DNA from: Antedon mediterranea
Taxonomy: Eukaryota; Animalia; Echinodermata
Assembly (NCBI RefSeq): GCF_964355755.1
Contig: NC_092670.1
Location: 36,940,388-37,004,387, forward strand
Length of the DNA: 64,000 bases
Direction: 5' to 3'
Shown: piece by piece, positions 49,301 to 61,300 of the stretch
Numbering within the stretch: position 1 is the stretch's first letter
Layout of the letters: every line of letters starts with the position of its first letter
Position numbers and translations under genes: made by a program
The notes under the pieces: generated by a model
Told to the model about the DNA's origin: nothing
The model's database searches: none
Seen by the model: the letters and a program-made list of their open reading frames with translations, nothing else

Positions 49301-52300
49301 ATCTAAAAAAATCACAGATAAATATTCGTTTATCAGTTATTGTGTAAAAGGGAGCCATATCGGCATTATATATACATACTCGCTAATAGGTAATGTGTAA
49401 TACGTCATCACACGTAGGCCTATATTAAATGCACGAATACGTACACCTGTGTTATATATAGGTCAGTTAGTAACTCAAGTTGTCATCAATACTGTAACGT
49501 CAACATCAACATAATGGTAAAATGAAATAACATAATAAGAGCAGTGCCTACTTGTAACCAAAAGACGTAGCTCCGGAAATAACAGCTGCAGCGAAGAGAA
49601 TGCCTAAAAAGCCAGCGATGATATGTGTTGTCTGAACGCCCGTGGGCCTCATCGGAGGAGGTTTGGTAGCTTCATGTTGCACTATAATATGGCAATTATT
49701 TCTCCTTGTCGGTTTATTACATAAACGCCCGGTCCAGTTGCATTCACAAAGGCACTTTTTTGTTGTTTCACTGCATACCTGTTTAGGGTTTAGAAATACA
49801 AAGTTATCGTAGGCCTACAGTATTTTTTATTAATAGAAAGAGGGGTTATCCTTGGACTCGCATCAGGACGGGAAGTGATTAGCGATAGGCCTAACGGTAA
49901 TTAAACTTTAAATCCAACGCCACAATTCTAATTTAAATAAAAAATGCTTTATTTCTACATGTTTACATTCATGAAGTTTCACTACCATAAAACTGTGTTT
50001 CCTCTGGCAGTAAACATATTGATAGGATAGGTGTTTTAGGCATGTTTTTTTTAAATAGTTGACCCATAGCATGATAAATAGCATGATGCTGACGAACATG
50101 TGAAGACATGTTCATGTGAGGAATGCCGTACTAAATATTCCAAGCTTTGTTCGCACTAGTGACGCAACGCAAGGACGTAACGCAACATAAAGTGTGGTTC
50201 CCACTAGTGACGCAACACAAGGACGTAACGCAACGCAAGTGAATTGACCAATCACAAGCGATGGCTTATTCGCTTGTGATTGCTAACTGTCTATAACTTC
50301 GCTTGTCATTGGTTAAAACGCTTGCGTTGCGTTTACGTCCTTGCGTTACGTTCTAGTGAGAACCAAGCTTAAGTGATTTTACCAATCACAAGTGATAGAT
50401 TATTCGAACAGACGCTTGTCATTGGTCGTTGCTTCTACGTCCTTGCTTTGCGTCTCTAGTGGGAACCACGTTTAACGGTCAATTGCTACTCACTCCATTG
50501 TTTGAACACACTTTTCCATTTCTGTCGTAACAAGAATCTGTGTCGCACTTGCCAGACTTGCAGACTCCGTTGTCTTTGCAAGCAATGTTGTCAGTAAAAA
50601 ACTCGTCGTTTACACTTTTTACCGCGTACAGATTGCTAGAAAAATTGTATTCAGAAGAAACAGTTATATTGTTATAGAATGTCGTTTTTTAGACACAAAC
50701 CGGACAAATTATAGTTTATCTATCTTGTAATAGGCGAGTTTTTCACTCCTCTCTTTAAGTCTCATTTGAGTACAGAGTCGATTCTGTCGAGTTATAACCC
50801 TGTGATACTAGGTTGGAATTGAAACCTGGACCTTTGGATTAGAAACAAAGCACTTTAACCACACAGCTTCACTACACTATTACGTACACGATGTTGTCGT
50901 TTAAAAATAATTGATAAGAAGGAATTTCGTTCGTTCGTTCGTTAATTATGTTAAGAACCAGATGAAAGACAGAACCAATGATTGGTTAATTGTGTATATT
51001 TCGAAGCTTACCGAGATGTTAGTAATACCCTTGACATTAATCTCATTTTGCTTAAAAGTATTTTTGCTAAGACTCTAATGCCAATGATATGCATGTTAAC
51101 GCTTGATTAGCAAGTTAGCGCCAGCCACTATCAAAGTATATATCAGCCGTGATTGTTATACAGTTGGCCTAGAACCCAACAAGTGTTACCTTAGTGTTGG
51201 CCGTTAGTTTTCAAAGGCATTTATTGCCTTTAGTTTCACGAGAATGTGTTCCATTTAATTCGGGGTTTCACGTCCCAACGGAGGGGTTTAATTTTGTAAC
51301 TAATTCTGATTCTACCTTTTACTTACTTCAGGCAGTCTTAAACTCTGTCTGCGTCTACACTATCAAACTTTTTGTGACAAAAAAAATGTGATGTGCCCAT
51401 ATATGGACACGATGATGTCATATCACTACCATATTTAGTACATCACACTTTTTTGTCAAACTAGTTTGATAGTGTAGACAGAGCTTTTGTTGATCGTTGT
51501 AAGATAGGCTTCAATAGCACTTCTTCGAGGAAAACCAACATATCTTAAGATCTGTCTAGTTTGAAAACAGTGTTATGTGCCCAAATATGGTACTAGTGAT
51601 ATGCGCAAATGTAGTAATGATATGACATCATCACGTTCATATATGCACATCACATTTTTTGTCGCAATACCTACCTGCACTTTAATCCTGTACTGGACAC
51701 ATTTTTAACTATGAATGACTCTGAATCATATGTTGCATCCTCGACTTGACACAATACAATTTCACATTCAGTATTCCTATAATAGACACATGAAAGTAAT
51801 CGTTTAAATATTTCTATTTAAGTTTTAACCACAATAATTATTAAAACAACATAAGTTTATTATATTGTGAAATTAAAAATGCATTGCTATTCTTTTTAAA
51901 AAAATTGTAAATCTAACCATAAATAAAAAAAATATATATTTTTTTTTAATTTGCAAACTTTCTCACATAACCATGACCAAAAAGTGTCTTCAGCAAGTGA
52001 ATGTGTATCAAAATGTTTGTTAATTATCATAATTAATTTTTACCCGAAAATATTTTATTTAATAATGAGAAAGAATATATTTTCCTTAATCTTCATTATT
52101 ATTGTAAACAATTAATACTTACAAGGAACAATTTTGAGTTGTTCCACAAAAGGCACTAGAGGAATCAGATTGATCAAAACATGCAGAAGGAGCTGCCACT
52201 GCCGCTAAGGAATAGATATTAAATACAAACTGTCAAGATAAATAGGGTTTTTATGATTTGTTGACTTTTGGTACAATAGAACAAATAGGGTCCCCCTTAT

Positions 52301-55300
52301 GATGAAGTCGGACGAACATTAAGATTTTTTTTATAGAATTAAACCTGTTTAATTTGTTTTGGGATATACTATCCTGGTCGTCAAACTCTTCCTTTTCTTT
52401 GTCAGTTCTTCTAAAAACTTGTTAATCTTTGGTATCAAGTTGCTTCTGCTTAATAGAAGGTTTATACCCGTTAACTCCCACTTCTAGTACTGCTTGAAAT
52501 TTATTTGCTTTAAGGCCTATATACAATTTTTTTTTAAATCATCGGATATCGAAATGAAAATTTTATTTTGAGGAAGCTTTTGGATGGGTCTAATGAAAAG
52601 ACATAAAAATAAGCCGACTGTGTACTAGGAATATAAAATATAATATCTATGCACAGTGTACTAGGAATATAAAATATAATATCTATGCACTGTGTACTCG
52701 GAATATAAAATATAATATCTATGCACAGTGTACTAGGAATATAAAATATAATATCTATGCACTGTGTACTCGGAATATAAAATATAATATCTATGCACAG
52801 TGTACTAGGAATATAAAATATAATATCTATGCACTGTGTACTCGGAATATAAAATATAATATCTATGCACTGTGTACTAAGAATATAAAATATAATATCT
52901 ATGCACAGTGTACTAGGAATATAAAATATAATATCTATGCACAGTGTACTAGGAATATAAAATATAATATCTATGCACAGTGTACTAGGAATATAAAATA
53001 TAATATCTATGCACTGTGTACTAGGAATATAAAATATAATATGCACAGTGTACTAAGAATATAAAATATAATATATATGCACTGTGTACTATGAATATAA
53101 TATAAAATATAATATATATGCACTGTGTACTAGGAATATAAAATATAATATCTATGCACTGTGTACTAGGAATATAAAATATAATATCTATGCACAGTGT
53201 ACTAGGAATATAAAATATAATATCTATGCACTGTGTACTCGGAATATAAAATATAATATCTATGCACTGTGTACTGAGAATATAAAATATAATATCTATG
53301 CACAGTGTACTAGGAATATAAAATATAATATCTATGCACAGTGTACTAGGAATATAAAATATAAAATCTATGCACAGTGTACTAGGAATATAAAATATAA
53401 TATCTATGCACTGTGTACTAGGAATATAAAATATAATATGCACAGTGTACTAAGAATATAAAATATAATATATATGCACTGTGTACTATGAATATAATAT
53501 AAAATATAATATATATGCACTGTGTACTAGGAATATAAAATATAATATCTATGCACTGTGTACTAGGAATATAAAATATAATATCTATGCACTGTGTACT
53601 AGGAATATAAAATATAATATCTATGCACTGTGTACTAGGAATATAAAATATAATATCTATGCACTGTGTACTAGGAATATAAAATATATTATCTATGCAC
53701 TGTGTACTAGGAATATAAAATATAATATCTATGCACTGTGTACTAGGAATATAAAATATAATATCTATGTACAGTGTACTAGAAATATAAAATATAATAT
53801 CTATGCACTGTGTACTAGGAATATAAAATATAATATCTATGCACTGTGTACTAGGAATATAAAATATAATATCTATGCACAGTGTACTAAGAATATAAAA
53901 TATAATATCTATGCACTGTGTACTAGGAATATAAAATATAATATCTATGCACTGTGTACTAGGAATATAAAATATAATATCTATGCACAGTGTACTAGGA
54001 ATATAAAATATAATATCTATGCACTGTGTACTAGGAATATAAAATATAATATCTATGCACTGTGTACTAGGAATATAAAATATAATATATATGCACTGTG
54101 TACTAGGAATATAAAATATAATATCTATGCACTGTGTACTAGGAATATAAAATATAATATATATGTACAGTGTACTAGAAATATAAAATATAATATCTAT
54201 GCACTGTGTACTAGGAATATAAAATATAATATCTATGCACTGTGTACTAGGAATATAAAATATAATATCTATGCACAGTGTACTAGGAATATAAAATATA
54301 ATATCTATGCACTGTGTACTAGGAATATAAAATATAATATCTATGCACCGTGTACTAGGAATATAAAATATAATATGCACAGTGTACTAAGAATATAAAA
54401 TATAATATATATGCACTGTGTACTAGGAATATAAAATATAATATCTATGCACTGTGTACTAGGAATATAAAATATAATATCTATGCACTGTTTACTAGGA
54501 ATATAAAATATAATATCTATGCACTGTGTACTAGGAATATAAAATATAATATCTATGCACTGTGTACTAGGAATATAAAATATAATATCTATGCACAGTG
54601 TACTAGGAATATAAAATATAATATCTATGCACTGTGTACTAGGAATATAAAATATAATATTTATGCACTGTGTACTAGGAATATAAAATATAATATCTAT
54701 GCACTGTGTACTAAGAATATAAAATGTAATATCTATGCACAGTGTACTAGGAATATAAAATATAATATATATGCACTGTGTACTAGGAATATAAAATATA
54801 ATATCTATGCACTGTGTACTAGGAATATAAAATATAATATCTATGCACTGTGTACTAGGAATATAAAATATAATATCTATGCACAGTGTACTAGCAATAT
54901 AAAATATAATATCTATGCACTGTGAATATAACCACAATAACTGCATTACCTGCTCCCATTGCACTCTTACAAATGCAATCTCGTGAATTACATTTACGGA
55001 CAAACTGAAAAAAAAAACGACCGAAAGTGTATTGATATTCAGGAAATTAGAGTAATGTGCTGTCTTAAAAGGAACTTTAATCATGAAGAAATTAATCAAA
55101 TAAATGTATTATTTCTTGCCATTGCTAAAAACTAATTACATTAGTGTAGGAGTGACATTGGTAACGACAAACAGTCCCATCCGCACGTCTAATACCTTTG
55201 CAACTGTGTCCTTCAATTAAGCCAAGATAGTATTGGTAATGATATATGCATTATAAAAGGATATGCATAAATAAATAGAGATATTCTTTTAAACAAATTG

Positions 55301-58300
55301 ACGCGTTGAGTGTGCAATTATAAATATTGGTAAGTAATGCGCATGCGTATTTGTAATTAACTACGCTTGCTATTATTGATGCTACTTTAACGCTGGAAAA
55401 ATGTGCTCTGCCTATTGTAAATTTAGAAACGTAGCAATTTGTTTACTTCTAAAATGGATAATAAAACTTTTACTGAGGATGAGTTATATTCAAAAACCAA
55501 CAGACTTGTTCAAGCAATTGTATTGTGTTTCGTCTGCCTGTCTGGAATTATTGGAAACTGCCTTGTACTTCTTGCAATCATTTTGAAACGTAAGCTACGA
55601 AACACTACCAACGTTTTCGTCGCTAACTTAGCAATCAGTGACCTGGTCACATGTTTGAATTTACCAGTAACCATTTTTGCGCTTACATCCGAAAACGATC
55701 AACCATTGAATGAGTGTGTATGCGCCATGAGTGCAGTCATCACGATCGTGTGCGCGGGATCCAGTGTGTATACGCTGGCATGTATCGCGTTAGTTCGGTT
55801 TGTGTATGTTACTAACTTTAAATATAAAAGCCTATTGACTATGAAATACTCTGCAATAATTTCTCTCATCGCTTGGATTATCTCAACGTGTTTTACCGTT
55901 TCTCCATTGCTAATACCAGATTTAGGAACATTCGGCTACAATGGAAAATACCACTCATGTACTTGGATATCACCTAGGTATTTGTACAATATTATTCTAG
56001 GATCTGCATTCTATCCAATCACATTTCTATGTATCATTTTCTCTTACTCTTCAATACTGGGCATTGTGTGTAAACGTACAACGAACGCCGTTCAGCCAGC
56101 CAATGCCGGTCAAGCTACACGCAATATTACAAAGCGAAATTTGTCGGTAACGAAGAACTTATTCTGCGTATTCTGTATTTTTGTCTTCTGTGGTTTACCA
56201 TACAGTTTGGCAATAATTATACCGGGCACTGAACGTATTATATCATATACTGCTGTGTTATTTATGTTCAACTGTTTCTTAAATCCACTCAATTATGCTT
56301 TAAAACATCCTGAATTTAAGAAAGCGATGCCGGAAGTGATTAAATGTAAGAGGGTTATCTCGTCTAACAGATGATACGAGCTTTGGTTCAGTACGCCTGT
56401 TTGAACACTTAATCAAGATGAAGTTGATATTTTAGCCAGTTTTTACACATTTTAACATCAAACAACGCGAACGATTTGTAAACTGTAAGTTTTGTGGCAA
56501 TTGATGATGATAATAATAAATACAATTAACAATAATTATATTTTACGTAAAATAATGACAAAGATGTGTAATTTTGACAGCTGGGAGTAAGTAATAATTA
56601 AGGTTTTGTTTATTCATTTAATTTATTTGATTTGGTCGAAAACATTGTCAACAATTATACGTATACAAGACAACAAGAAAAATTGAGTTAAAATTGAGTT
56701 AAAATAATATAAAACTTCAATAAAACCATACAAATTAGAAAGCGTGAGTTGTGTTATTGCCATATCGAGAGAATAATAATACGGAGTACCGGGTAATATA
56801 ATGATATATAATGTTTCATTCGATAGCACTTGCTCGCACATTACTAGATTAGCAAAGAGTCCCGTCCTAAATAGGCTCATTTGTGACGTGTATGAAACTT
56901 ACGTTGCAATCTTGACAGCATCGAAGACTTGAACATACATCGCACGACTGCCTTAAACATTCGTTACATTCCTAGACGTAAACAGAATCAAATTATGTAT
57001 TTGGATTTAGATCACCACGCAGACTACACACACACATATTGAATTACGCATATAAACGTTGCATGTACGTAGATGCAATATGAAAGTTAATAAAGCTTGG
57101 GTCGGTATTAGTTTATACTACAAATTTTATCTATATGTTGTTCCGTAAAGCTTGGTTCCCACTACAGACGCAACACAAGCGATTTGACCAATGACAAGCG
57201 ACAGTTCGAATACGTCATTATGTTGCGTCTCTAGTGGGAACCAAGCTTTACCAAGAGAAGAAGAAATACGTAGATGCAATATGAAAGTTAATAATGCTTG
57301 TATCGATATTAGTTTATACTAAAAATTATTTATATGTTGTTCCGTAAAGCTTGGTTCCCACTACAGACGCAACGCAAGAACGTAAGCGAGTTTACCAATG
57401 ACAAGCGACAGTTCGAATACGTCATTATGTTGCGTCTCTAGTGGAAACCAAGGTTTACTAAGAGAAGATGGACGTGAATATTGCTGAAAAATGTACTGTG
57501 TTTCGATTAAAGACAAACAAAATGTCTGTAAAGCTTGGTTCCCACTAGGACGCAATAAATTATGATCCATCAACCAAATTACTTGCGTTGCACTTACAAT
57601 CACGATAGATTATTCTCAAGTGTAGCTTGTCATTGGTAACTATAAGATTGCTTTGAACTCGTCATTGTGTCCTATAATGGGAAACAAGCGTTACGTCATT
57701 TGCGCCCCATTTGAAACAAGCCTTAGCGTTTAACTAATTAACCGTTATTCAATACCGCAGAAGAAAACATTATTGAAAATAATATTTTAACTTATAAAAA
57801 GACAGAATAAAATAGTACAGACAATTACATTCTTCTACGGTGTTCAGGCAGGTAAGTAATGTTGTTATCCATTTGTTGTCAATGTGAATAACTACAGTAT
57901 TATGCGAAATTAGAGTGATTACATATTAAACAAAATAATTATTTTTTTCAGGGAGCCGATTTTATACAAAAGACAATCAAAAGTTCCAAATGATTTATTA
58001 TTATTTATATACATTGATAATTTGTCTTAATAGTTTGAACATTCCTAATAACTTCTTGTAATTACAATAAGTTATTGTCTACACTTAGATTAAATAGTTC
58101 CAGAATCATTCATTATTTTACAGAAATTCAGTTTATTCACATAAATGATTTTTTTTCTTTGTTGATTTGAAAAACTCATCAAGGAGTGGCATCGATCATA
58201 CTGTTGTCGGCAACACTTTGCAACATCATTAGCCAAACACAAAGATGAATATTACCATTTGCACATGTTTAATTTATGAAACGAGTTTTTGAACATCCGC

Positions 58301-61300
58301 GTTCAGAAAAGAAGTTTTGATTAATGAATAAGTATATTCCTGATTGTATTTGAATAGACGCATGTAACTAAAACTGACATCCCACTTTGACACAACACAA
58401 CGACGTAAGCCCAACGCAGGCAAGTTGACCAATCACAAGCGATTGTTCGAATAATCTCTTGTGATTGGTCAAATCACTTATGTTGCGTTATCTCTTGTGG
58501 GCGGGAACAAAGCTTAAGTGAGTTGACCAAATTTCTTCTGATCCTCCATCACGTCGTGATTAGAAATAAATACATGCGGTGCGCTTACGCCCTTTCCCAC
58601 CAGAAAACTGAGCTTAAATGTTGTGATGCGCAGATGTTATGTTGCTTTATCTACAATGTTATGTTCACAGACGACATAAAAATAAACAAATTATAGATTC
58701 CTTCCTAACGCGTGGTTCCCACTAGCGACGCAACGTAACGCAATCTACGCAACGTAAGCAAATGCCCTTCTAATAATTGTGTTTGCCTCCGCCTGCGTGA
58801 AATCAAACCTGGAATGTTTGCAGCACTATTGCGTCGTCGGTTCCCATATGTGATTACGCAATACAGCACTTTGCGTAGATACGTCGCTGAATTGCGTTCT
58901 CTAGTGGGAACCAAGCTTTTGTGTTACGTTGGGTTTCAATATGATTCATGGAGGGAAATCGGCCAAATAATTACAGGCCCGTAGCCAGGGAGGTTTTTTG
59001 GGGTTCGGGCGAACCCCCCCTTTTGCGCGAACCCCCCTTTTACCAGCGAACCCCCCCTTGAAAAACAAAGGCCCCACTTCCAAAATCGTGCAATTAATTA
59101 TCAATTATAGCAGATTTTTTGGTCATTTTACTTCTATTGACTATGTTTAAATCGATCGAATATACAGATTGTCCGATGTCAAAGTCACTGCTGAGCGTGA
59201 GATCGAGAGAATTGTTGAGAGATGATGGTTATAAATATGACAGAAAAATGGACTGACCAATCGCGTGCTTCGGTCGGGCTTTTCGGAACGCACAAGATCA
59301 CGTTCAGTTCAGTTCAATCTTTTTGGGGATTTTTATTTTTTTTCCTGGAAATATTTTTCATTAAACCAAAGAATTTCACTGTGTGTAAACTTGAATAAAA
59401 ATGGTGCTGAGTTAAATTGGTACGTGTACGTAGGCCTACCGTATATTTCGGTGTATAAGACGCACTTTTGACACGCAAATTTGACCTCTAACTGTTACCT
59501 TAATTAATTAATTTAATTACCTATTAATACTTAAATTAATTAAAAATAGTGTACTACTCTGCAATGTAGGCCTAGCTAGTTACTCACTCCTGTCTAACCA
59601 CAGTGTGGTAACATGTTTATTGAATTTTTAGTTAAGGTAAATTGTCATCCTCGACTGTATTAATTAATATTACAGTACGCATTAGATATTCTACCCAGGC
59701 CTAGTAATACTCTCTGAACTCGCGGGTGTGTATTCTAGCAGCATGCAGCATCACAGCGCAACACATTTATGGAAGAGTCCATTAATGACGGTGGTGTCAC
59801 ATTTTAATTACACAATAACTATTTCCCTTGATCACGGTGGTTTATTTTTATTACATCTCTATGTCAACAATCACATAATTTTTATAATCATGTAGGCAAT
59901 AGTTCGTATGTCAAGCGATATCTAAAAGAGTGTGTTGTTATTGTGTTAAGTAGCTTCCCCTAATCTCATAGTGTATATGGCCAACAGTGCTGGCCACCAG
60001 GCAAGGAGCACATGGTTAGTGCTCTCCTCTCCTCATATTGCTGTAATGCATGCATGGAAATAGGAAAGATTTTCATATAGGCCTACCCAACATGATATTC
60101 CTGGTTCATTATCAGACCAAAAAACTGAACATCATTTGGATTGATTTTATAATGGTCATACACACAATAAGAAGGTATATATTTAAATAATATGAAATTA
60201 AAGTTACTTAAATAGACATAGGCTAGCCCTACCCACACAGTGCATCGTAACTGAAACAATATGGGGATTTCCCTTTTCATTGAACGTTCAGTTGAAGTAG
60301 AGACTGATTACGATGTAATAAAGGCAATTAAAACAAAATTATATCATTTGATTCTAATAAATATGTCTCAAATATCGTTGTTTTATTATTAAAATACCAT
60401 TGTTTTGATTGTAAAATGTTTAAATTTCGGCCTAGAAATAAGTGCGTCTTATGCATCGACTACATAAAAAATACTAATATTTCAGTCTCCGTTATGGGTG
60501 CGTCTTATACACAGGTGCGACTTGTACACCGAAATATACGGTACTATTTGTTTTTTATGTTTATAGGATAAGAAATTATTTAAGGGCCTAATATAATATA
60601 CTTTTTTGCAACAATAAAGCTGTATTTCATGATCAGTACTACTAACTTCCATAATACTGTACTATATAATTTCTCTGCATAACTCAGATTTTAGTAGGTA
60701 AAAAATGTCTCTGTAAGCTTATTAAAACAACCGAAAATGCTCTGAGAGCCAAAGCTTCCAGGGGCCTTCGCCCCCTGGACCCCGACCGGGGGCCCTAGGC
60801 GGCCCCCTGGCCCCCAGCCTACAGTTGCTCGCTGCGCTCGCAAAATACTTGGTGTCAAGAAAACCCCCCTCTGATGCATTCTGGCTAAGGACCTGAATTA
60901 TGACTTTATACTTACTAAGTCGCCCTTGTGACAATCGCATTGTTCACCAGTTTCTATAAATCCATTTCCACAAGTAGCTTTATCAGACAACTCTCATAAA
61001 AAAGAAAAAAATATCGCGTAATGTTTTAGTTAAAATATCTCTTAAATACAACGAAATGGCTGCTGAATTAACAGTTCAATTAAGTTGATGCGTTTGAAAA
61101 GTTTTTTTCTTTTGCCACCAATAAGTCAATAGAAGTATCCATCCTAACATATACCAATATCTCTCTCTCTCATTAAGCGTGGTTCCCACTAGCGACGCAA
61201 ACACGCAACACAAGGACGTAACGCAACGCAAGTGAATTGACCAATCACAAACGATGGCTTATTCGCTTGTGATTCCTAAATGTCTATAACTTCGCTTGTC

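Noticed and set aside
52534-55099. Long repetitive ORFs (CIDIIFYIPSTQ / YNIYALCTRNIK), and a 36-bp unit of CRISPR-repeat size
   Set aside because: They are by-products of a 36-bp satellite that lacks stops in some frames. Units are contiguous with no unique spacers, there are no cas genes, and the context is eukaryotic.
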